This document shows, piece by piece, positions 1-9,682 of a stretch of DNA of 64,000 nucleotides. Numbering within the stretch: the first letter of the stretch is position 1; the number at the start of each line of letters is the position of its first letter. The DNA lies in NCBI GenBank assembly GCA_000092065.1, contig CP000597.1, one strand, 5' to 3'. The stretch is from Ostreococcus lucimarinus (Eukaryota). Under the pieces are notes generated by a model. That model saw nothing but the letters and a program-made list of their open reading frames with translations. It did not search any database and was not told where the DNA came from. A program made the position numbers and the translations under genes.

Positions 1-761
1 GCGGCGACCGTGTGCCCGACCGCGGGCGACCACCCCTCGACGCGCGCACCGACGAGTAAATCCTCTTCGTCCTCTCCGCGCCGTTGATCCCTCGGTCCGC
101 TTCCGATTCGCCGCGCGCCTTTTGGCAACAAAAACGGCGACGCCAGCAACACGTACGCTATCCCCGCCAACGCCACGGGCACGCCGTACAGCCCGAGATC
201 AAACAGACCGATCTTCACCTCCCCCCCTCGCCCCGCGTGCTCGCGCGTCCACGTCTCCACCATTCCCTGCACCACTAAATTCGTCGACGTTCCGATGAGC
301 GTGCACGTGCCGCCGAGCACGCTCGCGAACGACAACGGAATCATCAACTGCTCCTTCGCCATTCCCGTGGCCTCGGCCCATCGCAGCACGATCGGTATCA
401 TCACCGCCACCACGGGCGTGTTATTCAAAAATCCACTCACGCACGCGATCGGCAGCATCAATCGCAACTGCGCCCCCGCCGGGGTTCGCGGCTTCCCCAG
501 CACCTTCCCCATGTACCAGTCCAGCCCCCCCGTCGCGCTGATCCCCGCCGCGACGACGAACAGCGCGCCGACCGTGAGCAATCCCTCGTTCGCGAACCCG
601 GCGAGGGATTCGGCGAGCGTGATGACGCCGCACAGGTTGAGCGTCGCGACGGCGAGCATCATCGTCCAGTCCGCGGCGACGTAGTCTCGCAGGAGCGCGA
701 CGAACGCGAGCGCGACGACGACGACGGTGACGGCGGCGTGGAAGTCCGCGGTGGCGCCCAT
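1..761 (-). CDS. DASS/SLC13 (CitMHS-type) anion permease with TrkA-C (RCK_C) domain, partial (3' part runs off window start)
   Basis: My own reverse-strand translation from ATG at 761..759: MGATADFHAAVTVVVVALAF...MLPIACVSGFLNNTPVVAVMIPIVLRWAEATGMAKEQLMIPLSFASVLGGTCTLIGTSTNLVVQG...LLVGARVEGWSPAVGHTV. The NNTP/TSTNL motifs and the following RCK_C-like stretch are typical of YbiR/ArsB/CitMHS permeases. It is absent from the ORF track because it has no stop inside the window. Confidence 0.5.
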   Translation of the reverse strand, partial: MGATADFHAAVTVVVVALAFVALLRDYVAADWTMMLAVATLNLCGVITLAESLAGFANEGLLTVGALFVVAAGISATGGLDWYMGKVLGKPRTPAGAQLRLMLPIACVSGFLNNTPVVAVMIPIVLRWAEATGMAKEQLMIPLSFASVLGGTCTLIGTSTNLVVQGMVETWTREHAGRGGEVKIGLFDLGLYGVPVALAGIAYVLLASPFLLPKGARRIGSGPRDQRRGEDEEDLLVGARVEGWSPAVGHTVA

Positions 762-849
762 CGCGGGCGTCGAGCCGCGCGACGAGACGCGCGACGCCGC
801 GCGCGACGCCGCGCGTCGTCAGAGAGTGACGCGGCGAGGAGGTCGAGAG

Positions 850-2531
850 ATGTCTCGCGCGCTCGTCGCGCTGAGCGCCGCGCTCGCGCTGAGCGCGCGA
901 CGCGTCGACGCGAACGATGTCGTCGACGACGCCGCGCGGACGCGAGACGCGCTGACGTCGCGATTGACGACGAAAACGGTGCGACTCGAACGATTCGCGA
1001 CGGATTTGGAATCTCTAGCGGCGAATGATTACGACGAGTACGCCGCGTCGAGCGGGTATTTCGCGCTCAATCGCACGACGAAGGACGCGCACATGTTTTA
1101 CACGTTTTTTGATGCGCGCTCGGGAGGCGCGGAGAGCGAGGACGCGATCCCAATCATTCTGTGGCTCACGGGCGGACCGGGATGTTCTTCGGAATTGGCA
1201 GCGTGCGTGTCGTCGGCGCGCGCGCGCGCACGCGCGATCTTTCGCGTCTTGAACGATACAGGAGAGGGACGCGACACTGACTGACCACCGTCTTCCACAC
1301 TAGTCTATACGAAAACGGACCGTTCGCGTTCGACGAAGACGACGCGACGAAATTGAAGCGACGCAAATACGCGTGGAACGACGCCGGAAGGTTGCTTTAC
1401 GTGGACTCGCCGGTGAACACGGGATTTTCGTATTCGAGCTCGCGGCGCGACGCGGCGAAGGACGAGACGACGGTGGCGAACGATTTGTTGGAGTTTTTGT
1501 ACGCCTTCATGTTGAGTAGACCGATGCTCGTGGATGCGCCGGTTTACGTCACGGGAGAATCGTACGCGGGGCACTATGTGCCGGCGTTCGCGAGGGCGAT
1601 TTTCGACGCCAACGCTCGAGACGATGGACCCGTGAGAATAAATCTTCAAGGCTTAGCCATCGGAAATGGGCTGACGGATCCCGCTATTCAGTACGCGGCG
1701 TACGCGGATTATTCGCTCGGGAACGACATCGTGAGCGCGGCGACGGTGAAGCAAACGGCGAAGAAATTACCGTCGTGCGTGGAGAAAATCAAGTCGTGCG
1801 CGAGCGGTAAAACGTCGAGCAAGGAAAATCGCGCCGAATGCTTGGACGCGGTGGATTCGTGCCAAGCCATTCCTGAGGCATTGCTCGAAGATGCCGCTGA
1901 ACGCAACGGTGGGAAGGCAATCAACGTGTACGACATACGTAAATCGTGCGACGCCGAGCTTTGTTACGATTTCAGCGCCGCGGAAGCGTTTTTGAACCGT
2001 AAAGACGTTCAAGAAGCGTTCGGGGTGAGTAAGAAATGGGAAATGTGCGACGCGAGCGTGCACCAAGATATGATGGGGGATTGGATGCACGACTACGAGA
2101 CGTTGATTCCAGACATGATCGAGGCCGGGATTCGCGTGATGATTTACGCCGGCGAGGATGATTTCATCTGCAACTGGCTCGGAAATCTTCGCTGGGTGAA
2201 GGCGATGCAATGGAACGGACGCGAAGCGTTCAACGCCGCACGTCCTGAGCCTTTCATCATCCAGGGTGCGGGTGACGGCGAAGACGACGTTGTGGGTGGC
2301 GACGTGCGCGAACACGGCGGTTTATCCTTCGTAAAGATCAGCGAAGCGGGACACATGGTACCTATGGATCAGCCACGAAACGCGCTGACAATGATTCAGC
2401 GCTTTGTGAACAACGAACCGATCGCGCGCGGTCGAGGTGGTGACGAGCCGAAACTCTCCGCTGCACCACGACGTTTCGGCCCCGTCGAAGACGACGTCGT
2501 TGGCCGCCTCGCTGTGGCGACTCAGAAATGA
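850..2531 (+). CDS. Serine carboxypeptidase (peptidase S10), two exons join(850..1202,1304..2531)
   Basis: Exon 1 has a signal peptide (MSRALVALSAALALSA) and WLTGGPGCSSELA (S10 WLNGGPGCSS motif). Exon 2 has LYENGPFAF...VTGESYAGHYVP (active-site GESYAG). The ~100-bp intron runs from a GTGCGT donor at 1203 to a TAG acceptor at 1303. Joining restores ...CSSELAALYENGPF. Confidence 0.8.
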
Positions 2532-2615
2532 ACTTTGAACGACTTGTAATGCAACGAACGATTGATTTGTACGATGACTGCGTAGTTGGTCAATTACAAC
2601 GGGGATATTCTAAAC

Positions 2616-4031
2616 CTATTTCAAAATTTTATCCAGCTTCGCTTGCCAGAGTTCTTGTCTCGCGCACACCGCCTTTGGGTTGCTCACTTGCAGCTTCGAG
2701 AATTCAGACGAGTTGTTCAAGTTGATCCACGCCGCCAAAATCGTGCTCTTTTTCTCCAAAGCTTTCTTCGCGTCGACGTCGGTCAACGAATACATCAAAG
2801 TATCCCAAAGTGCGACGTTGATTTCGCCCGACGTGAAGAATTCACGGAAGAACAAACCATTGACGTCTTCCTCCGTGACTTTTTTGCCTTTGCCCACCGG
2901 CGACGTTGGGCGAAACGCGCAATCGCCGAAAATATCATACGCGAGCTTGATCGTGCGGTTAAACGATGCCTGCATGTCTCCTGCATCTTGAGGCGTCATG
3001 TCCTTGTTTTCGCGCATCTCCTCGTTCAACCAGCTCTTGATTGGGATGAAGAAACCCTCCGGCGCCGTTCGCATCATAGCAAAGTACCGCAAAACCAACT
3101 CCCGATCGCGCATGCGCAGATGCGGCGTCTTCGATCGATAAACTTTCAACAAATTCTCGTTTTTGACCAATTCTTCCAGCAAGTCGGTGTACATCCCTTG
3201 GTAGATGCAGTTTCTCAACTCTTGTTCGTTCAACTGCGTCGCGCCCATGTTTAAGCGCTCAAACACTTCAAACACAAAATCCGGCTGCGACGATCGTGAG
3301 ATCGTGTGCACGTTCAGAGGGTAGTCTAAAATCGTCTCTTGAAATCGTTCGTGCAAGTCCGTGAACGTCAACCCGTTCAAGTCTTCGTAAACCTCCAACC
3401 CGGTCAGCCTGAACGGAGATCCATCCGGAAATTCACACTGAATAAAGCTCCAAATCGACGTCAAACGCTGCTTGCCATCCACCACCTCTAGCTTCCCACT
3501 CTGCGTCTCGTGAAAGAACATCGTCGGTACGGGAATGTTTAAGATCAAAGACTCTATGAGCTTACTCGCCGTGCGAACCGTCCACACGTATTCTCTCTGA
3601 TAACTCGGTCGCAAGTTCACCTTGCCGCGATTAATCTTGTCGATGACACTATTCACCGTGAAATCCGCTTTTTGTATTTGCAGCGCCGCGCGATCGACCT
3701 TGAACAACGTTTCCTCTAAATCTGCGAACAAGTCCTCGTCCACGTCGTCCTGCGCGCTGGATTTTCGCGAAAACGCCGCGTTTCGCGGCGTCGCCTCGCT
3801 CGCGCCCACGTGTTCCCACAGCGAATCATCATTCGCGTCCGCTACCGCGCTCGCGGCGTCGCCCAGGGACGTCTCATTCCAGAGTTCTTTGTCTTGTTCG
3901 TCCCCGAGCAAGGCGCGAGGCGTTTGAGGGCGCGAGCGCCGCGTCGTTCGCGCCGATGTCCCGCGAGAGTGATTCTGGCGGGAAAGTGGTTTCACCGGCG
4001 TCGCGCGCGCGCTGCGCGCGTAAACCATCAT
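2616..4031 (-). CDS. DUF262 domain protein (ParB/sulfiredoxin-fold, GmrSD N-terminal-like)
   Basis: RPSYQREYVWT and VVDGKQRLTSI (the DGQQR motif) are diagnostic of DUF262. A low-complexity N-terminal ~120 aa precedes the domain. Confidence 0.6.
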   Translation of the reverse strand: MMVYARSARATPVKPLSRQNHSRGTSARTTRRSRPQTPRALLGDEQDKELWNETSLGDAASAVADANDDSLWEHVGASEATPRNAAFSRKSSAQDDVDEDLFADLEETLFKVDRAALQIQKADFTVNSVIDKINRGKVNLRPSYQREYVWTVRTASKLIESLILNIPVPTMFFHETQSGKLEVVDGKQRLTSIWSFIQCEFPDGSPFRLTGLEVYEDLNGLTFTDLHERFQETILDYPLNVHTISRSSQPDFVFEVFERLNMGATQLNEQELRNCIYQGMYTDLLEELVKNENLLKVYRSKTPHLRMRDRELVLRYFAMMRTAPEGFFIPIKSWLNEEMRENKDMTPQDAGDMQASFNRTIKLAYDIFGDCAFRPTSPVGKGKKVTEEDVNGLFFREFFTSGEINVALWDTLMYSLTDVDAKKALEKKSTILAAWINLNNSSEFSKLQVSNPKAVCARQELWQAKLDKILK

Positions 4032-4248
4032 CGCGCGACGACTGAACGTTCAACACGCGAGTTTGTTCGTTCGCGAACCGCAGATCGTGACAGCAGATCG
4101 TCACGCGCGCGAAGGAGTGGCGAAACGTCGAAAGATTTCAAATCCTGACAAAAGAACGAAATCTTCTGGAGTCGGGCTTCGACGCGGACGATGGAGTGCG
4201 AGGGCGAGATGCCGGTGAATTTGGAGTGCTACGAATTATGGGCTAGAA

Positions 4249-5724
4249 TTAAGACGAACGACGCTCCAGGACGTCATCGTGGGCTAGAACTATGACTTTT
4301 GACGGACGACGACCGATCGAGACGGACGGCTCGCTGACGCCGAAGAGGACTTCGGAAAAGAGAGCCTCATCCACGCCATCGAGGGCGTCCATGTCGACGT
4401 CTTCGGGCCATTGCATGCGTCTGCGAAGTATGTCGAACCAGTTCGGGGCGAAGACGGCGGTGCGAGCGCGCTCAGACGTCTCCGCGGTGAGACGCGCTCG
4501 CTCGATGGCGTCGCGGAAATCGTGCAGGCGCGCGCGATAACGCTCCATCGCGACGATATCCTTTCGTCGGCGAGCCAACTGACCGTCGTAATAGTTTAAT
4601 AACGTTTGTTCACCTCCGTCGCGGGTGATAAGAGCGTTGACCTCGTGCGCCAGCTCGATGATGGTGCTCGCGGAGTCGATCGGATTGGCCATCAAATGCG
4701 GCGCATACGCGTACATCGTCATAGCGTCGTCCGCGTCCGACGTCACCGCGATCGAGAGCTCGAAACCGGGTGGAAAATTTTCCTTAGCGTACGCAAATAG
4801 CGAACGCAACACGCGAATCGACTCCTTGTACTCGTCGTCGTCGTACAAGAATTTCCCGTCTTCGTCGCCACCCCAGACGAGAGACAGCGACACCACGAAT
4901 TGATTGCACGCCTCTGGGCATCGTGATCGCCGAAAATCCAGCGCGGCGTCTACGATCAACTTTTCATTCCTTTCCATGAAGGCCACTTTATCGCTCAATC
5001 GCATGGGCATGACGATCGATCGCGGAAGCACCTCCGCCAGCGCCGATCGCGAGAGCGTTCGCTTGCTCCGCTCTCGCGCCGCCACCGTTGCCGCGAACGC
5101 CCGCACGCCCTCCGTTCGAGCCTCTAAAAACGAATACACTAACGTATCCTTATACATCTCCGGCTGATCCACGACCGCCGATCGCGCGTTCAACCACCCT
5201 TTCCCCCGCCGCTTGACGACGTTGCCCAACCGGTACCCGCCGCCGCGTTTATTCACCGGAATCTTCCAAAGCTCGCGCGCGTCCCGCACGACCAGCGCCC
5301 AAGCGCTCGCCGAACGCTCGACCGTGAAACTCGTGCTCTCGTACACCGGTCGAGGGTTCGCCAACCACGCGTCGACGTCGAATTCATCGGTTTCCGTCGC
5401 CTCGCTCGTCGTCGTCGCGTCAACACCCAAACGCGCCGCGTCAGGAACCGCGTCGCGGCGCACGTTCAGCCATCCCGCGTTCGAGACGCCGAGCGCGTGC
5501 GTTTCGCGCGGTGCGATCGGCGTCGTCGCGCGCGCCAGCGCGCACGCGCCGAGCGCACCGAGCGCGCCGAGTCCGACCGCGAGCGCCAACACCCTCGGCG
5601 TTCGCGCGCGCGCGTCGCTCGTGCGCGCGCCAAGTGACGCGCGTTCGACGTCGACGACGCGTTCGACGTCGCGCTCGAGCAGCGCGGCGTCTTCGCGCGG
5701 CGTCTCGGCGCGGGCGCCGGACAT
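4249..5724 (-). CDS. Hypothetical type II membrane protein (single N-terminal TM, large C-terminal domain)
   Basis: 491-aa ORF with a hydrophobic stretch LALAVGLGALGALGACALA near the N-terminus. The moderate-GC body reads as real coding sequence. I recognise no catalytic family. Confidence 0.35.
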   Translation of the reverse strand: MSGARAETPREDAALLERDVERVVDVERASLGARTSDARARTPRVLALAVGLGALGALGACALARATTPIAPRETHALGVSNAGWLNVRRDAVPDAARLGVDATTTSEATETDEFDVDAWLANPRPVYESTSFTVERSASAWALVVRDARELWKIPVNKRGGGYRLGNVVKRRGKGWLNARSAVVDQPEMYKDTLVYSFLEARTEGVRAFAATVAARERSKRTLSRSALAEVLPRSIVMPMRLSDKVAFMERNEKLIVDAALDFRRSRCPEACNQFVVSLSLVWGGDEDGKFLYDDDEYKESIRVLRSLFAYAKENFPPGFELSIAVTSDADDAMTMYAYAPHLMANPIDSASTIIELAHEVNALITRDGGEQTLLNYYDGQLARRRKDIVAMERYRARLHDFRDAIERARLTAETSERARTAVFAPNWFDILRRRMQWPEDVDMDALDGVDEALFSEVLFGVSEPSVSIGRRPSKVIVLAHDDVLERRSS

Positions 5725-5829
5725 GGGTTCGGTCGCCGCGCGGCGGCGTGTGCGGCGCTTGGGACGCGCGAGTCAAAGTGGAGCGCGCGCGTTGGTGTCT
5801 TAAAAGTATATGGATTCACGTCTAACGCT

Positions 5830-8340
5830 CTAGAGATTACACGCCTCGGCACCGCACGCTTGGACGACGCTTGGTCGCTCGGTGCCGACGCCGTCGAACG
5901 GGACGTCGCTCGAGGCAACGAAGACGACTTGTTCGGGCGCAGACGCGCACTTGGGTAAGAATTCCAGGACTTCGCCGATGATGGTGGTGTGCTCGTAACC
6001 AGCGCGTTTTAGCGCTTCGACCGCGGCGTCGGCGCTGGCGCTCGGGAGGGAGGCTAACATCCCGCCCGCGGTTTGCGGATCAAAGAGAAGAGGGTAACGC
6101 GCGGCGCCGGATACGGCGGCTGGATTTGCGATGGCACGCGCCAAGCGCACATTGGCCGGCTGAAGCGAGCTCGTAATGCCGATTTCGACGCACTCTAACG
6201 CCCCAGGAAGCACTGGGAGGGCGTCCATGTCGAGCACGCACGCGGCGCTGCTTCCTTTGCACATCTCCACCAGGTGACCGAGCACGCCGAATCCCGTGAC
6301 GTCGGTGCACGCCGTGGCGCCGTGTTCAAACAAGGTTCGAGCGGCGACCGCGCTGGGCTGTCTCATAGAATCCAAGGCATTGGACACCCACCGTCCCTGC
6401 GCTTTTGATCGCATGTCCGCCGCGAATAGCGTGCCGGTGCCGATGGGCTTGGTGATGATGATTTTGTGACCGGCTCGCATGCCGCCCTTCTTCATCAACT
6501 TTTCCCGCGGTGCGGCGCCGTGCACGGAGAATCCCAGCGATAACTCAGCGCCCTCGGAACTGTGACCGCCGGCCAATCCACATCCAGCGTCGCGTAAAAT
6601 ATCGCACGCACCCGCCATCATTTGATACAACGTCTCCTCCACTTGCGATTCCAATCCGTACGGCACCGTCGCGATTGCAAGCGCGGCGTGCGGGTCGGCA
6701 CCCATGGCCCAGCAGTCTCCGAGCGCGTGCACGGCGGCAATTTGGCCGAAAATGTAAGGGTCGTCCACGAAAGCGCGGAAATAGTCCACGGTCTGCACGC
6801 CAACCATGCCGTCGGGCACAGAAACTACGGCAGCGTCGTCGGGTTGATCGATTCCAACCTCGACGTTCGGGTTCGTCGGAATCGGCTCGAGGCGCTTCAT
6901 CACGCGCGACAGCGTCGTGGCGCCCACCTTGGCGCCACAGCCACCACATCGCATCGGCACCGCGCGAATGGCGGCCATGGTATCTGAGCCCGCGGCGAGC
7001 GCCACTGCGGGTTGCTCGACCTCCGCTTCCTTCATTTCTGGTATCTCTTGATACATTTTCATCCATTTACGGTCAATTTTGTCCTTCCATCGCCACAGGC
7101 GCTCGCCCACGGGGCCGAGACCGCCGAGGGCGAGGTTGCCGTAAGACAACACCGCAGACTTACCGCCGGTGGTGATTAAACCCAAAAATAATTTTTGCGG
7201 GGTGAAATCGACTAAAGGTTCCCCCAGCAACGCACGACGTAGGTTCTTGTCCAACGGAGGCCCTTGACGCACCGCGAAGACTCCCGCCTTTGGTCGCGGA
7301 TGTTTCAGCACGTTTGCAACGTCCCCGGCGGCGAAGATGTTCTTGTGCGACGTCGACTCGAGCGTGGGATTGACTTCGATGAAACCGTTTGCGTCCAACG
7401 CCAAGTTCGTGGACTCGCGCAACCATTTGGCCGCGCCCGCTTGCGTGCACCAAATGCACTCGTCGGCGGAGACGACGCGACCGCTCTCGAGCGTCAATTT
7501 CCCTTGCTCGGCGGTAACCACGCCGTCGCCTTCGATGACGTCCACCCCCGACTCGGCGAAAATATTTAGAAACGTCTTGCGCACCCGCTTAGCGTGCGAC
7601 GGCATCAACGTCCCGCGCGTCACGAGCGTGAACTTGGCCAAGTTTTCATCCATGCCGCGCCGTTTCAACTCCTCTCGCGTGCGATGTCGCATCGAAAGCG
7701 CGAGTTCGGCGCCCCCAGCGCCTCCTCCGACGATCACAACCTCGCAATGCTTCCCCGATTCAATCACGCGTCGCAGCATTGCCTCCCATCGCGCGTTAAA
7801 CCCACATATCGGCTTCACCGGCGTCGCGAACGCCTCCGCGCCTCGCACGTCGCCCGCGCGCGGCGCGATGCCCACGTCAACGCTCGCCACGTCGAATCGC
7901 ACCCCCGGCCTCCCACTCTTCACGATCACTCGCCCATCGTCGTGATCGATCCCGATCGCTTCATCGTGCACGATTCTGAATCCTCCGTTCCGGCACAGCG
8001 GTTCTAAATCCACGCGCGTCTCGTCGTCTTCGTAGTGTCCCGCGACGGCGCCCGGCAGCATGCCCGAGTACGGCGTGTGCAGGTCTTTCGCGATCAGCGT
8101 CACCCGCACTCCCGGCATCGGCGTCATCGCGAGCGATTTCAGCACGTACACGTGCGCGTGACCGCCTCCGACGAGCACCAGGTCCTTGATCGTCGGCGTC
8201 GCCGCGCGCGAGCCGCGCATGTCTGCCGACGACGAAATTGCACTTTTTGTCCCGCGCGTCCCGAAGCGTTTTCTTCGCGACGCGGCGACGAACGACGACG
8301 GGACTCGACGCGGAAGCGCGTGCGAGCGCGCGCTCGGCAT
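5830..8340 (-). CDS. Pyridine nucleotide-disulfide oxidoreductase (NADH dehydrogenase-like) fused to selenophosphate synthetase (SelD/SPS), Cys-type
   Basis: N-terminal half: DLVLVGGGHAHVY and VVIVGGGAGGAELA (two Rossmann GxGxxG motifs), IFAAGDVA. C-terminal half: AIRAVPMRCGGCGAKVG (SelD glycine-rich loop; Cys aligns with E. coli Cys17) plus AIR-synthase-like folds. Start may be 8340 or the internal Met near 8223. Confidence 0.8.
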   Translation of the reverse strand: MPSARSHALPRRVPSSFVAASRRKRFGTRGTKSAISSSADMRGSRAATPTIKDLVLVGGGHAHVYVLKSLAMTPMPGVRVTLIAKDLHTPYSGMLPGAVAGHYEDDETRVDLEPLCRNGGFRIVHDEAIGIDHDDGRVIVKSGRPGVRFDVASVDVGIAPRAGDVRGAEAFATPVKPICGFNARWEAMLRRVIESGKHCEVVIVGGGAGGAELALSMRHRTREELKRRGMDENLAKFTLVTRGTLMPSHAKRVRKTFLNIFAESGVDVIEGDGVVTAEQGKLTLESGRVVSADECIWCTQAGAAKWLRESTNLALDANGFIEVNPTLESTSHKNIFAAGDVANVLKHPRPKAGVFAVRQGPPLDKNLRRALLGEPLVDFTPQKLFLGLITTGGKSAVLSYGNLALGGLGPVGERLWRWKDKIDRKWMKMYQEIPEMKEAEVEQPAVALAAGSDTMAAIRAVPMRCGGCGAKVGATTLSRVMKRLEPIPTNPNVEVGIDQPDDAAVVSVPDGMVGVQTVDYFRAFVDDPYIFGQIAAVHALGDCWAMGADPHAALAIATVPYGLESQVEETLYQMMAGACDILRDAGCGLAGGHSSEGAELSLGFSVHGAAPREKLMKKGGMRAGHKIIITKPIGTGTLFAADMRSKAQGRWVSNALDSMRQPSAVAARTLFEHGATACTDVTGFGVLGHLVEMCKGSSAACVLDMDALPVLPGALECVEIGITSSLQPANVRLARAIANPAAVSGAARYPLLFDPQTAGGMLASLPSASADAAVEALKRAGYEHTTIIGEVLEFLPKCASAPEQVVFVASSDVPFDGVGTERPSVVQACGAEACNL

Positions 8341-8457
8341 GCACGCGCGACGGGCGCGAGTCGCGCCGCGCGCGCGTCGAGGTGTGCGGGGACGATCGCG
8401 CGATTCACGACGACGACGACGACGGACAAAGCGGCGCTGCGGGGTGTGACTACAAGA

Positions 8458-9573
8458 CTAGAAGCGACCGCCGCCGAAGATGCGACGTAAAATAAATCGA
8501 ATGATCTGCTGAAGGATGCGCGCGCCGAAGGTGGCGACGAATCTGACGAACGCTATTCGAGCGACTCGAGCGGCGCCGACGGCGAGCTCCACGAGCGGAT
8601 TCACGCCCACGACGGAACCGGGCGGTGGAGGCGCTCTCGCGCCGCGCGCGGCGCCCGCGCTCGTCGATTGTTGACGCCAAGGATCTTGCGCGCCGCCGCC
8701 GCGACCGACGACGCGTTCGGTGACGCTCTCGCTCACGACGCCGTTCGGCGCTCGAGATCGAACGACGCGCCGGATAACCGTCTCCCCTCGCGCGTTCACG
8801 TACGACGTCTCCGAGATCTCGTTCGCGACTTGTTCGCTGAACAACGTTTTGAATAAATCGTTCAAATCGTACGCGCTCATCCCGCGCCCGAACGCGAACC
8901 CTCCCGCGCCGAACCCCGGCGCGCCGAATCCCGGCGCGCCGAATCCCGGCGCCCGCCCTCGCGTCGCCGCTTCCCGCATCGCTCGCTCGAGCTCGCGTAT
9001 GAAACTCGACGAATCGTTCCCAAACATTTCCCTAAACACCCTCTCCGCGTCCTCGCGCGTGAAATCTCGCCTGTACTCGTACCCGTACCCTCCCGGCGTC
9101 TCGCCGCCGCGACGCGCGTTCGCCGCCCGCGCGCGTCTCGCGAAATCCTCCGCGCCGCCGCCGCGTCCTCCCCCTCCAGACGCCCTCGCGCGTCGCTCTC
9201 CCCCCCCCGGCGCGCTCAGCGCCTGATACGCCGCGCTTATCCTCTTGAATCGCGCCTCCGCGCGCGCCTTCGCGTCGCCCTGGTGCCGGTCCGGGTGCCA
9301 CTTCAGCGCCTCCCGTCGATACGCCCGCTTCACCTCGTCCGCGCTCGCGCCGCGCGCGACGCCGAGCAGCGCGTGCGGATCGTCCTCGATCGTCGACGCG
9401 GCGTACGCGCGCGCGGATTCGCGACGCCGCGCGTTTCCGTCGCGCCGTTGAAAATCATCCGTCGCGCCTCGCGTCGCCTCCCGGACGCGCGACGCGACGC
9501 GCGCGGCGTCCGACGCGCGCGCCGGACGCGCGCCGGACGCGCGCTTTCCGACGCGCGACGCGACGCGCCGCAT
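8458..9573 (-). CDS. J-domain (DnaJ-like) protein with Gly/Phe-rich region
   Basis: [36 protein letters not shown] (J domain with HPD), then [17 protein letters not shown]. The N-terminal ~60 aa is an Arg/Ser-rich leader. Confidence 0.65.
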   Translation of the reverse strand: MRRVASRVGKRASGARPARASDAARVASRVREATRGATDDFQRRDGNARRRESARAYAASTIEDDPHALLGVARGASADEVKRAYRREALKWHPDRHQGDAKARAEARFKRISAAYQALSAPGGGERRARASGGGGRGGGAEDFARRARAANARRGGETPGGYGYEYRRDFTREDAERVFREMFGNDSSSFIRELERAMREAATRGRAPGFGAPGFGAPGFGAGGFAFGRGMSAYDLNDLFKTLFSEQVANEISETSYVNARGETVIRRVVRSRAPNGVVSESVTERVVGRGGGAQDPWRQQSTSAGAARGARAPPPPGSVVGVNPLVELAVGAARVARIAFVRFVATFGARILQQIIRFILRRIFGGGRF

Positions 9574-9682
9574 CGCGAATCCGCGCGTCGCGGAGTGACG
9601 CGCGCTTTATCCATCGGTGTGAGAACGTGGTCGGCACTCATCGCCGCGCGCGCGTCGCCGCGCGTCGCGGTTCGAGCGCGCG

